Sequence record: PZ789432.1
Source: a phage
Strand: one strand, 5' to 3'
DNA length: 44,996 bases
Of this stretch, positions 6,741 to 15,394 are shown in pieces. The translations under genes were made by a program, and so were the position numbers. The notes beneath the pieces are model-generated. The model was given only the letters and a program-made list of their open reading frames with translations. It did not search any database and had not been told where the DNA came from. The first letter of the stretch is position 1. Every line of letters begins with the position of its first letter.

Positions 6741-8728
6741 TGGCTATTATTAATAACATCCCGTGCCCTGCCTGTCAAAAGAATGGACATGATATTACTG
6801 GCAACCATCTTATGATATTTGAGGATGGCGCTGGTTACTGTAACCGTGGTCACTTCCATGATAATGGTAAGCCTTATTACCATAAGCCAGAGGGTGGTAT
6901 CGAGATAACCGAATTGCCTATTACTGGCAATATCAAATATACACCTTCTCAATTCAAAGAAATGGAGAAGGAAGGGAAGATAAGCGACCCTAAGCTACGC
7001 GCCATCGCACTTGGTGGTATGCGTATGAAAGATCGTTGGGAGGTCATGAATGAGCAAGAAAGGGCAGACCAAGAAGCAGAGTGGAAGCTTGATGTTGAAT
7101 GGTTCCTCACGCTTAAGCGTAAGAACCTTGTATCCCGTCACATTCGAGGTGACATCGCAGCAATGTACGATGTGCGCGTTGGACACGATGAAGAGGGAAG
7201 AGTCAACCGTCACTATTATCCACGATATGAAAAGGGTGTGCTTGTTGGAGCAAAATGCCGGACGTTGCCGAAGGATTTTAAGTTCGGACACCTAGGTAAA
7301 CTCTTTGGTATGCAAGACCTTTTCGGTATGAACACTTTGTCTCACGTGTTAGACAAGGGGAGACGAAAGGATTGCTTGCTTATTGTAGGCGGTGAACTTG
7401 ATGCACTAGCAGCGCAGCAGATGCTCCTTGATTCTGCCAAGGGTACTAAGTGGGAAGGCCAGCCATACCATGTATGGTCTGTCAACAAAGGCGAGTCTTG
7501 TCTTGAAGAGATAGTGCAAAACCGTGAGCATATCGCCCAATTCAAGAAGATTATATGGGGTTTTGATGGAGATGAGGTAGGGCAGAAGCAGAATCAGCAA
7601 GCGGCTCGCCTGTTTCCTGGCAAATCCTATATCCTTGAATACCCCTCTGGTTGCAAAGATGCTAACAAGGCATTGATGGCTGGCAAGGCTAAAGAGTTTG
7701 TAGATGCATGGTTTAATGCCAAGTCATCTGATGAAGTCTTTGGTAGCCAGATTAAATCTATCGCATCTCAAAGGGATAAGCTCAAGGCTGCACGTCCAGA
7801 GCAAGGACTATCATGGCCTTGGCCTAAGCTGAACAAGGTCACGCTAGGTATTCGTAAGAACCAACTTATCATTGTAGGCGCAGGCTCTGGTGTAGGTAAG
7901 ACTGAGTTCCTTCGTGAAGTAGTTAAGCACCTCATTGAAGAACACGGTGAATCTGTAGGCATCATTTCTACAGAAGACCCGATGGTCAAGGTGTCCCGTG
8001 CTTTTATCGGCAAGTGGATTGATAAGCGCATTGAGTTACCGCCAACCAACGACCCGAAAGAAGATGGATACCGTGAGGTGTTCGACTACACCGAGGAAGA
8101 GGCTAACGCCGCCATTGATTATGTAGCTGATACAGGTAAGCTGTTTGTAGCTGACCTAGAGGGTGACTATTCGATGGAAAAGGTAGAGCAAACTTGCCTA
8201 GAGTTTGAGGCTATGGGCATTTCTAATATCATCATTGATAACTTAACGGGGATTAAATTAGATGAGCGTGCTTTTGGTGGGAAGGTTGGTGCACTTGATG
8301 AATGCGTCAAGCGGATTGGTACTATCAAAGACCGACACCCGGTTACTATATTCCTTGTATCACACCTTACACGTCCTCCGGCAAACCGTACCCAACACGA
8401 AGAAGGTGGCGAGGTTATCCTTTCTGACTTCCGAGGCTCAGGCGCTATCGGATTCTGGGCATCTTACGCCTTGGGGATTGAGCGTAATACAAGAGCTGAA
8501 ACGCTTGACGAAAGGACTACCACGTACATCTCATGTGTCAAAGACCGCGACCAAGGAATATTTTCCGGTACTCGTATAATGCTTAAAGGTGATATTGCTA
8601 CTGGTCGATTACGTGAACCAGAGCAAAGATCTCGACCGTTTGATACTGGTGCTCCAAAAGAACAAACTGTACCAGAAGAAGTAGTGGATAAAGGAGGATT
8701 TATTGCTGACGAAGTTGAAGAGTTTTGA
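6740..8728 (+). CDS. DNA primase/helicase (T7 gp4-like)
   Basis: 662 aa; N-terminal zinc ribbon CPACQ...CNRGH; Walker A VGAGSGVGKTEF; acidic C-terminus ending EEF. Confidence 0.93.
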   Translation: MAIINNIPCPACQKNGHDITGNHLMIFEDGAGYCNRGHFHDNGKPYYHKPEGGIEITELPITGNIKYTPSQFKEMEKEGKISDPKLRAIALGGMRMKDRWEVMNEQERADQEAEWKLDVEWFLTLKRKNLVSRHIRGDIAAMYDVRVGHDEEGRVNRHYYPRYEKGVLVGAKCRTLPKDFKFGHLGKLFGMQDLFGMNTLSHVLDKGRRKDCLLIVGGELDALAAQQMLLDSAKGTKWEGQPYHVWSVNKGESCLEEIVQNREHIAQFKKIIWGFDGDEVGQKQNQQAARLFPGKSYILEYPSGCKDANKALMAGKAKEFVDAWFNAKSSDEVFGSQIKSIASQRDKLKAARPEQGLSWPWPKLNKVTLGIRKNQLIIVGAGSGVGKTEFLREVVKHLIEEHGESVGIISTEDPMVKVSRAFIGKWIDKRIELPPTNDPKEDGYREVFDYTEEEANAAIDYVADTGKLFVADLEGDYSMEKVEQTCLEFEAMGISNIIIDNLTGIKLDERAFGGKVGALDECVKRIGTIKDRHPVTIFLVSHLTRPPANRTQHEEGGEVILSDFRGSGAIGFWASYALGIERNTRAETLDERTTTYISCVKDRDQGIFSGTRIMLKGDIATGRLREPEQRSRPFDTGAPKEQTVPEEVVDKGGFIADEVEEF

Positions 8729-9191
8729 GGCAGCAGGATATACCATCAAGGAGGATGGTACTATCCTTAACCCTAAAGGTGTAATACTTAAACCGAGCCA
8801 ATCAGGAAGGAAATTAAAGTATTTATATGTAAGTTGGAGACATCAAGGAAGAAGAGTAACAGAGCTTGTACACAGATTGGTTGCTAAGAAGTACATACCC
8901 AACCCACACAGTTTACCAGAAATTCATCATAAAGACTTTAACCCTCTTAATTGTCATAAAGACAATCTTGAATGGACAGATGGTAAGACTAATTGTGAGT
9001 ATAGTTATGCAAGGGTAGAAGCTGCACTTGCACGTCATGCTACTTTATTGTCACCTGATGGCATTAAGTACGACATATTTAATGTTCGTAAATTCTGCCG
9101 CGAACATGGCCTCAATCCACCTAGTGTATTTGAGGTGCTTAGTGGTAAACGGAAGTCACATAAAGGGTGGACTATTTACCGGACACTATAG
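8703..9191 (+). CDS. HNH homing endonuclease
   Basis: 162 aa; EIHHKDFNPLNCHKDNLEW HNH motif. No in-frame ATG; starts at TTG 8703 six nt after AAGGAGG, inside the last 26 nt of the helicase gene. Confidence 0.8.
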   Translation: MLTKLKSFEAAGYTIKEDGTILNPKGVILKPSQSGRKLKYLYVSWRHQGRRVTELVHRLVAKKYIPNPHSLPEIHHKDFNPLNCHKDNLEWTDGKTNCEYSYARVEAALARHATLLSPDGIKYDIFNVRKFCREHGLNPPSVFEVLSGKRKSHKGWTIYRTL

Positions 9192-9196
9192 AAGAG
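9174..9196 (+). promoter_or_regulatory. phage RNAP promoter (atttaccggacactatagaagag)
   Basis: Consensus match; +1 G at 9191; overlaps the HNH stop codon. Confidence 0.75.
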
Positions 9197-9225
9197 ACAA
9201 CCTTTGACGATGAACAGGAGTTTTA

Positions 9226-9387
9226 ATGGAAATTATTAAACCAGTATTGAATATCGGTATTGAGATCCTATTCATGCTTGTGATCGCAGATTATGCTGCA
9301 CGATATGGATTCAAGAAAGCTGTGAAACTTATCGTTGCATCTGGTTTTCTTATGTCAATGTTCTTTATTGTAACACGCCTTATCTAG
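9226..9387 (+). CDS. hypothetical small membrane protein (53 aa)
   Basis: ATG 9226 with SD CAGGAG; hydrophobic throughout. Confidence 0.4.
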   Translation: MEIIKPVLNIGIEILFMLVIADYAARYGFKKAVKLIVASGFLMSMFFIVTRLI

Positions 9388-9404
9388 TGTATTTATCAGG
9401 GCTT

Positions 9405-9420
9405 GTCTCACATGTGAGAC
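9405..9420. repeat. 16-bp perfect palindrome GTCTCACATGTGAGAC in a terminator-like context
   Basis: Flanks extend the pairing (gcttgtctcaca/tgtgagacaggc), followed by tcttatt. Confidence 0.8.
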
Positions 9421-9459
9421 AGGCTCTTATTAAGTACATTAAATAACTGGAGATTGATT

Positions 9460-10143
9460 ATGTATAAATTAGTATTGAATGTAGGTGATTATGTTCGTAA
9501 CATCAATGAAGCCTCACGTCGTTATCGTTGCCGTGGTGTAGTGGCTCGTGTAAGTGAGAACATGTATCATGTAGAATATGATGATGGTATTAAGGCTTCT
9601 TATCACAAGAAAACCGCACATAAATATCTTGAAAAGGTTGTAGAGGTAAACAATCAATGTAAGTGCATACATGATGAGGTTTGCGATAAATGTGCTCGCC
9701 AGATGCTTAAGAATTTCCTAGCCCCTCTTTATTATGGTGCTGGTCCTCAAACACTAGCAGAGTACATGGCAGAAAAGAAAACCACACTCAAGAAAGAGCG
9801 TCGCAATGTAATCACTGGTAAGACTCAAAGTGAGATGATTAAGCAATGTGGCACTGCATTAGGTGTTACACAGTTCAATACTCGTGCATTGGGTAAATCC
9901 ACAGGGCAAGCTATGGTGAAAATTGGTGAAGCTATGATGCAACCAAATGTACCTGTGCGAATCGTGGATATTGACCATGCAATCACAGAGCATGGTACAC
10001 CACGCCGTGTAGCTAACAATCATTTTGCCGACACTATAGAAGACATTATTCGTAAGCAAGGGTTGAAGGGTCTTCACATCTTAAATGGTGAAGAATTACT
10101 GTACCTACCTATCGTTACTGAAGAAACCTACGTGAATATCTAA
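9460..10143 (+). CDS. hypothetical protein (227 aa)
   Basis: ORF track 9454..10143 (TTG); first ATG at 9460 with SD GGAG; contains a Cys cluster CKCIHDEVCDKC. Confidence 0.7.
   Translation: MYKLVLNVGDYVRNINEASRRYRCRGVVARVSENMYHVEYDDGIKASYHKKTAHKYLEKVVEVNNQCKCIHDEVCDKCARQMLKNFLAPLYYGAGPQTLAEYMAEKKTTLKKERRNVITGKTQSEMIKQCGTALGVTQFNTRALGKSTGQAMVKIGEAMMQPNVPVRIVDIDHAITEHGTPRRVANNHFADTIEDIIRKQGLKGLHILNGEELLYLPIVTEETYVNI
10022..10044 (+). promoter_or_regulatory. phage RNAP promoter located inside a CDS (ttttgccgacactatagaagac)
   Basis: Core GACACTATAGAAGA identical to the consensus; lies within 9460..10143. Confidence 0.5.
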
Positions 10144-10153
10144 GGAGTTAATC

Positions 10154-10372
10154 ATGACTAAAGTATTAATTTATATGCGTGGACCTCATAAATGCTATGC
10201 AGTTGTAGCACCAAATGGTGTTAAGCCCTATAGTACTTCAAAAGGATTGGCATTAATAGGTGCTAGTAGTAGTGCAAGTTTCCAAATGGAACTTTTTGGT
10301 CATTGGACTGAATGGCAATTCCGTGAGGATTTTAAAGTCATTGGCAGCTTCATGGTGAAACATGCAGAATAA
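10154..10372 (+). CDS. hypothetical protein (72 aa)
   Basis: ORF track; strong SD AAGGAG upstream. Confidence 0.65.
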   Translation: MTKVLIYMRGPHKCYAVVAPNGVKPYSTSKGLALIGASSSASFQMELFGHWTEWQFREDFKVIGSFMVKHAE

Positions 10373-10385
10373 ACATAGTCTTAAA

Positions 10386-10538
10386 ATGTTCGATGGTCAT
10401 GAAGACCTGCAAGCCAAGATTACTAACCAAGCCTTCCTGTTCGCACAGTTAACTATGGCTGAAGCAAAGAAGAATAGCCTGACGCGTGAACAGGTTATCA
10501 AGGAAAGTGAAGTGAAACGTAAGATTCGCAGTCGATAA
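10386..10538 (+). CDS. hypothetical small protein (50 aa)
   Basis: ATG 10386; below ORF-track cutoff; followed by a palindrome. Confidence 0.35.
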   Translation: MFDGHEDLQAKITNQAFLFAQLTMAEAKKNSLTREQVIKESEVKRKIRSR

Positions 10539-10548
10539 GTCAAGGGTT

Positions 10549-10564
10549 GTCTCACACGTGAGAC
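10549..10564. repeat. 16-bp palindrome GTCTCACACGTGAGAC in a terminator-like context
   Basis: Extended stem ggttgtctcac/gtgagacagcc followed by tttcatc. Confidence 0.8.
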
Positions 10565-10595
10565 AGCCTTTCATCATATTGATTGGAGGTGCATT

Positions 10596-10703
10596 ATGCC
10601 ACGTGATTATGATTCTGATTGGGACTATTATGACTCAATGAATCCAAAACCCGAACGTTCAGATGATTACTACGAAACAGAGGCAATGTATGAAGACTAT
10701 TAA
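10596..10703 (+). CDS. hypothetical small acidic protein (35 aa)
   Basis: ATG 10596 six nt after GGAGG; MPRDYDSDWDYYDSMNPKPERSDDYYETEAMYEDY. Confidence 0.3.
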   Translation: MPRDYDSDWDYYDSMNPKPERSDDYYETEAMYEDY

Positions 10704-10908
10704 ATTAAGCAAGGTTTGCTCTTGCGGTAAAGGCTATCGCAGTCGTATTGATGGTAAGTGTGGACATTGTAGGTCTAAGAAAGAGGCTGCTTTGTTTTAC
10801 AAATACCACAATGAACTCTCCTATAACTACCCTCATCTAACACCTAATTCTTTATTAGGACTTGGTTATAGGGCTAAATACTTTGGAGCAATCTATGAAA
10901 TCAATTGA
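10690..10908 (+). CDS. hypothetical zinc-ribbon protein (72 aa)
   Basis: ORF track 10663..10908; ATG 10690 preferred (GAGG 6 nt upstream); CSCGKG...CGHC motif. Confidence 0.5.
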   Translation: MKTIKLSKVCSCGKGYRSRIDGKCGHCRSKKEAALFYKYHNELSYNYPHLTPNSLLGLGYRAKYFGAIYEIN

Positions 10909-11380
10909 TTGGAAGAAGGAAGCGGAAGGGCGCATCCTAGTTATGGACGCCGAGGCGAAAGGTCTACTTGATGCTATACGCTATGGTCATCGTGAAGACG
11001 TGCATATCATCTGCTGTATGGACCTGTTGACTACAGAGGAGTTTCTCTTCTTCGACCCGTATGAGATGCGTGACCCTGAAGCAAGAGAACGCCTGAAGGA
11101 ATGGGAAGGTCATCAAGATGGTGACTTGGTTGATGGTGTTAACTTCCTGAAGCATTGTGAAGCTATTGTGTCACAGAACTTCCTAGGGTATGACGGACTT
11201 CTCTTTGAGAAAGCATTCCCTGATATTTGGAAGGGCTTTAACTATACCGAGAAGCGCGGTAAGGGCAGACTCCGTGCTGACCTGTGTCCGGTGCGAGTCA
11301 TGGATACGCTGGTGATGAGTCGCCTGTTAAACCCAGATAAGACGCCTTCCTCCGCAAGCATATGCCAAAGGTATGGGTAA
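10895..11380 (+). CDS. DNA polymerase (Pol I family), fragment 1 of 4: 3'-5' exonuclease domain; frame-disrupted
   Basis: ORF track 10862..11380 (TTG), first ATG 10895; Exo motifs ILVMDAEAKGL and NFLGYDGLLFEKAF; VMDTLVMSRLL parallels T7 gp5 CIDTLVLSRLI. Homology continues in another frame. Confidence 0.85.
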   Translation: MKSIDWKKEAEGRILVMDAEAKGLLDAIRYGHREDVHIICCMDLLTTEEFLFFDPYEMRDPEARERLKEWEGHQDGDLVDGVNFLKHCEAIVSQNFLGYDGLLFEKAFPDIWKGFNYTEKRGKGRLRADLCPVRVMDTLVMSRLLNPDKTPSSASICQRYG

Positions 11381-11786
11381 CGTCGCCCCTCACTCAATTG
11401 AGGCGCACGGCATCCGTATAGGCCGCTATAAACCGGAGAACGAGGACTGGTCTAAACTAACTGACCACATGGTTCACCGTGTACGTGAGGACGTGGCGAT
11501 TGGTCGTGACTTGTTCCTCTGGCTCTTTAACGGGGAATGGATGGAGCATAAACGCCGTGGCGTGAATAAACGCACGGGCCTAGGCATTGAGACAGCCTTC
11601 CACATGGAGTCCATTGTGGCGCTGGAGATGAGCCGTCAGGCCGAGCGGGGGTTCCGTCTGGACATCGACAAGGCTTTGGCCCGATGCGAAGAATTGGACG
11701 CTAAGATTGATGAGACAGTCGCAGCGTTCCGCCCTCACATGCCTATGCGTATCAAGTCTAAACCTTTTAAACCGGAAGAAAAGTAA
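11373..11786 (+). CDS. DNA polymerase, fragment 2 of 4; frame-disrupted
   Basis: HSIEAHGIRIGRYK parallels T7 gp5 HALEAWGYRLGEMK; the frame is open upstream from 11331, so the shift lies near 11335..11372. Confidence 0.8.
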   Translation: MGNVAPHSIEAHGIRIGRYKPENEDWSKLTDHMVHRVREDVAIGRDLFLWLFNGEWMEHKRRGVNKRTGLGIETAFHMESIVALEMSRQAERGFRLDIDKALARCEELDAKIDETVAAFRPHMPMRIKSKPFKPEEK

Positions 11787-12445
11787 TGAAGTATGCCAAC
11801 GCGCAAATGAGTATGGAGCTAGCAACAATATACCTACTGTCCTTGACCCCTCACACTTTCTTCATGCCGAGAGACGAGGAGATCGCAAGACAGTATGGAG
11901 AGCTTGTCACTACTAAGTCTGGTGATTGGTCGGCTAGTGTTAAGAAAGACTTTCCTCACCTTAGAGGAAACCGTAATGACACGCCAAGCATCAAGTGGAT
12001 TGGCGCTTACTCGCCTGTTACTTTCGAAGAGATTCCCTTGGGTAACAGGGATACAGTTAAGCAAGTGCTCTATGATTATGGATGGAAAGGTGTTGAATTT
12101 AACGATACCGAGCAAGCGCATCTCGATGAGTACGGAGTGTTACCCAAACCTTGGAGTGGTAAGATAAATGAAAAGTCCCTCACTTTATGGCAAGAAAGAG
12201 CCGCACGTGAAGGTAAAACAGTACCTGATTGGTGCTTGGGTATCGCTGCATGGTACATACTCGTATCCCGTCGTGGTCAGATACTCAACCGTGGTGACGT
12301 TGAAGCCTTCAACGAGAAGGGGAACGTGGCCCTCGCAGGCTGGTGTACGAAAGTGTCGCGGCCTTGTACCTGTAGCATTCAACAAGGAGCTAGGAATCAA
12401 TGCGCAGCAATACTACGAGAGGTACGGATGTTGGCCTACGTCTGA
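11786..12445 (+). CDS. DNA polymerase, fragment 3 of 4; frame-disrupted
   Basis: Back in the frame of fragment 1; polymerase-like over its N-terminal two thirds. Confidence 0.7.
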   Translation: MKYANAQMSMELATIYLLSLTPHTFFMPRDEEIARQYGELVTTKSGDWSASVKKDFPHLRGNRNDTPSIKWIGAYSPVTFEEIPLGNRDTVKQVLYDYGWKGVEFNDTEQAHLDEYGVLPKPWSGKINEKSLTLWQERAAREGKTVPDWCLGIAAWYILVSRRGQILNRGDVEAFNEKGNVALAGWCTKVSRPCTCSIQQGARNQCAAILREVRMLAYV

Positions 12446-13448
12446 CAAAGATGACGGAGAGTGGCGTGTTCCAGCTGTTGCTATTAGTATTGGCACTTCT
12501 ACGTTCCGTATGCGTCATCGTAACGTGGTTAATATTCCTGCCCGTGGCTTGTATCCTTTACGTGATTTATTCATAGCAGGGAAAGGCAAGCTAATCCTTG
12601 GTTGTGACGGTGCAGGTCTTGAACTGCGTGTCCTGTCTCACTTCATGAATGACCCTGAGTACCAAGAGATTGTACTGCACGGTGATATTCATACGCATAA
12701 CCAGATGAAGGCTGGTCTTCCTAAGCGTGATATGGCGAAGACGTTTATATACGCCTTCCTCTATGGTTCTGGTATAGCCAACCTTGCAGCAGTCTGCGGT
12801 GTTACTGAGGAAGAAATGAAGGAAGTTGTGGCAAGATTCGAGATTGAACTACCGTCTCTTGCACGTCTTCGTGAGAATGTTATCGCACAAGGTAACAAGT
12901 TTGGCTACCTGCAAGCACCTGATGGGCATTGGGGTCGCATCCGCATGTCTGGTGGTGAACTTAAAGAGCACACGATGCTTAACGTATTACTCCAGATGAC
13001 TGGCTCTTTGTGTATGAAATATGCATTAGTCAAGGCATTTGCAGTAATGCGCAAGGAAGGTGTAGCTTTGGATGCTATGGGAAATCCTTGTGGTGTGGCT
13101 AACGTGCATGATGAAATCCAGATGGAAGTTCCTGAAGAGGAGGTCTTGTATCTTAACTACGACCTACCTTTCACCTTAGATGGGTTCGAAACAGAGAAGG
13201 CTGCTGTGAAAGCAGTTTTCGATGCAGAGGAGAAACGTGTTCATGTGGATTCTGAAGGACGTATGTGGTCTGCTGCAAACCTCGTTAGCGTTGATGCTGA
13301 TGCTGGTGTATTGCATTGCCAGCGCCGTTATCACCGTGCAGGTCATATCATTGCCGACGCCATGACTTGGGCAGGGCAGTATCTGAAGATGCGTTGCCCG
13401 ATGGCAGGAGAATATAAGATTGGCGCAAGCTGGAAGGAAACACACTGA
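12168..13448 (+). CDS. DNA polymerase, fragment 4 of 4: palm/fingers; frame-disrupted
   Basis: Motif A GCDGAGLELRVLSHF, TSTFRMRHRNVVNIP (T7 TGRATHAFPNLAQIP), KTFIYAFLYG, VHDEIQ. Reliable homology starts near 12430; the first ~260 nt of this ORF overlap fragment 3. Confidence 0.85.
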   Translation: MKSPSLYGKKEPHVKVKQYLIGAWVSLHGTYSYPVVVRYSTVVTLKPSTRRGTWPSQAGVRKCRGLVPVAFNKELGINAQQYYERYGCWPTSDKDDGEWRVPAVAISIGTSTFRMRHRNVVNIPARGLYPLRDLFIAGKGKLILGCDGAGLELRVLSHFMNDPEYQEIVLHGDIHTHNQMKAGLPKRDMAKTFIYAFLYGSGIANLAAVCGVTEEEMKEVVARFEIELPSLARLRENVIAQGNKFGYLQAPDGHWGRIRMSGGELKEHTMLNVLLQMTGSLCMKYALVKAFAVMRKEGVALDAMGNPCGVANVHDEIQMEVPEEEVLYLNYDLPFTLDGFETEKAAVKAVFDAEEKRVHVDSEGRMWSAANLVSVDADAGVLHCQRRYHRAGHIIADAMTWAGQYLKMRCPMAGEYKIGASWKETH

Positions 13449-13564
13449 TGGATAGGCTTGACATTATTTGCCTATTCTTCACTCTCTTTCTTACACTCCT
13501 TATGCTTGCTTGTTATGGGAGTATGAGACTAGATATACCTGATGAAGAAGAGGGTTACGACTAA
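13448..13564 (+). CDS. hypothetical small membrane protein (38 aa)
   Basis: ATG overlaps the polymerase stop (TGATG); hydrophobic core. Confidence 0.35.
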   Translation: MDRLDIICLFFTLFLTLLMLACYGSMRLDIPDEEEGYD

Positions 13565-13662
13565 TGCAAACTGCTTTTATTATTCTTGGTATCATATTAT
13601 TTATGGTAGTACTCTGGGCCTTCTCTGGCATTGACCCGGATTGTGATGGTAACTACGACTGA
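13564..13662 (+). CDS. hypothetical small membrane protein (32 aa)
   Basis: ATG overlaps the previous stop (TAATG); hydrophobic. Confidence 0.3.
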   Translation: MQTAFIILGIILFMVVLWAFSGIDPDCDGNYD

Positions 13663-13730
13663 GTTATACTCAAGGTCACTTACGGGTGGCCTTTATGGAT
13701 AACTTATCCCTACTTATTTTGTCTAACATG

Positions 13731-13753
13731 ATTTACTGTACACTATAGAAGGA
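13731..13753 (+). promoter_or_regulatory. phage RNAP promoter variant (atttactgtacactatagaagg)
   Basis: Consensus with G to T at -9; +1 G at 13748. Confidence 0.6.
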
Positions 13754-13817
13754 AAGCCTAGACAATCTAGGTTTATAAGGTAGTATAGGTAATTAAGTAA
13801 ATATAGGAGATATAAAC

Positions 13818-14195
13818 ATGTCTATGGTAACTACTCTGGTATTTGTAGCTCAATACTTTCGTGGTCTGGCTAATAAGTTCAAGTCCAAGGCTATCAAAGC
13901 TATTGAGTCTCGCATCGAGGCAGTACAGGCAGAGCAAGTTAAAGTTGAAGAACATCGTAGTTCTCAAATGATTGACTGTCATAACCGCTACTATGCATCT
14001 CGTGATGAACTAAATGCACGTCAAGTCAAAGAGGTAGAAGATATGCTGGCACGTCACCAGCAAGAGCGTGACAGCCTGAAAGCTGAATTTGAAGAGAACA
14101 AGGCATCAATTGCTCTTGTAAATCAAGCTGCATCTGACAGCCTGAAGAAAGAGATTGTTATGCTGGAAATAGAACTGGACAACTTGACTAAATAA
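13818..14195 (+). CDS. hypothetical coiled-coil protein (125 aa)
   Basis: ORF track; SD AGGAG; Glu/Lys/Gln-rich heptad-like sequence. Confidence 0.7.
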   Translation: MSMVTTLVFVAQYFRGLANKFKSKAIKAIESRIEAVQAEQVKVEEHRSSQMIDCHNRYYASRDELNARQVKEVEDMLARHQQERDSLKAEFEENKASIALVNQAASDSLKKEIVMLEIELDNLTK

Positions 14196-14204
14196 GGGGT
14201 TATG

Positions 14205-14501
14205 ATGGAAGAAGTGATTCAAGCTAAACATGTAGGTATCATCTTTCGTGATCTAGAGCAGCGTAAAGTTGCAGGTCACACTCGTCTGGCTAAAGAATAC
14301 GATACAGCAATCACTACTGTGGAACAAGCAGATGCCTATCGTGGTCCAGAGTTTACTCAAGGTGAAACTTGTCATCAATTGAGCCTTTCACTTTGTGACA
14401 CTATGGCTAGTGTAAATGTACAAGAGGTTGAAGATGGTGAATGTGTTAGTTATGTCTACCCTCTCGACACTATTGCACGTATTAAGGTAGTTCATAAGTA
14501 A
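14205..14501 (+). CDS. hypothetical protein (98 aa)
   Basis: ORF track 14202..14501; second ATG (14205) has better spacing to AAGGGG. Confidence 0.65.
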   Translation: MEEVIQAKHVGIIFRDLEQRKVAGHTRLAKEYDTAITTVEQADAYRGPEFTQGETCHQLSLSLCDTMASVNVQEVEDGECVSYVYPLDTIARIKVVHK

Positions 14502-14522
14502 TTACTGGACACTATAGAACAA
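14500..14522 (+). promoter_or_regulatory. phage RNAP promoter (aattactggacactatagaacaa)
   Basis: Consensus match; +1 G at 14517. Confidence 0.7.
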
Positions 14523-14578
14523 TAGGTCGGCTTAGTTCGGCCTATGATTGTGTAGTGTAACAATAGGAGACTAAATAA

Positions 14579-15385
14579 ATGGCACGTGGTGATTTTGATT
14601 TTGGTGCTCAGGTTACTAAAGCTGAAGGTAAAGTATTTAAGAACCCTGAAGTTGGTGATCATGAAGCAGTAATCTCTGGCATCATTCATGTTGGTTCCTT
14701 CCAAGATATCTTTAAGAAAGGTAATACCACTGAAGTTAAGAAGCCAGCAAACTTTGTTCTTGTTAAGATTATCCTGATGGGTGACGACGATAAGAATGAA
14801 GATGATTCTCGCATGGAACAATGGATGGCTGTGCCTCTGAAGTCTGGTGATAAGGCAACACTGACTAAGTTCCTGAATGCAGTTGACCCTAAAGAGTTGC
14901 TGGGTGGCTTCGATGATTTTATCGGTGAATGCCTGACTGCAACTATGGTTGGCTCTGGCGACAAGAATGATGATGGTACTTTCAAGTATGTTAACTGGAA
15001 AGGCTTTGGCGGTATGCCTGATAAGTTGAAGAAGCTTGTACTGGCTCAGGTAGAAGAGGAAGGTCTGTCTATGACAGGTCATATCACCTTCGACAAGCTG
15101 ACCAAAGAAATCCTTGATGACATCCCAGCTAACTTGGTGCGTCAATACTTCCTTAATGAAACACCTCGTGGTAAGAACCTGTCTGTTGCTGGTTCTCACG
15201 TAGAAGCAATCATTAAAGCTGCTCGTGAAGAAGACCCAGAGTGGAAGAAAGCCAAGAAGAAAGATGACGAGGATGCTACTCCAGCTAATCGTAAATCTCT
15301 GGATACTGGTGAGTCTGTTCCACAGGAAGTACCTGAAGCAGAAGATACTCCTGCACCGGAGATGGATGAGGACGCGGAATATTAA
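14579..15385 (+). CDS. hypothetical protein with acidic C-terminal tail (268 aa); possible ssDNA-binding or replisome accessory protein
   Basis: ORF track; SD AGGAG; C-terminal 40 aa very acidic, ending DEDAEY. Confidence 0.7.
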   Translation: MARGDFDFGAQVTKAEGKVFKNPEVGDHEAVISGIIHVGSFQDIFKKGNTTEVKKPANFVLVKIILMGDDDKNEDDSRMEQWMAVPLKSGDKATLTKFLNAVDPKELLGGFDDFIGECLTATMVGSGDKNDDGTFKYVNWKGFGGMPDKLKKLVLAQVEEEGLSMTGHITFDKLTKEILDDIPANLVRQYFLNETPRGKNLSVAGSHVEAIIKAAREEDPEWKKAKKKDDEDATPANRKSLDTGESVPQEVPEAEDTPAPEMDEDAEY

Positions 15386-15394
15386 GGAGAAAGG

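Noticed and set aside
10895-13448. Programmed frameshifting, introns or inteins as an explanation for the split polymerase and the other split genes
   Set aside because: Breaks are scattered, often at short homopolymers, occur in both +1 and -1 directions, and there are no intron or intein hallmarks or inserted HEG at the breakpoints; random indel errors explain all of them.
13680-13705. Possible hairpin terminator after the small ORFs downstream of the polymerase
   Set aside because: Stem is short with a wobble pair and not followed by a U-run.
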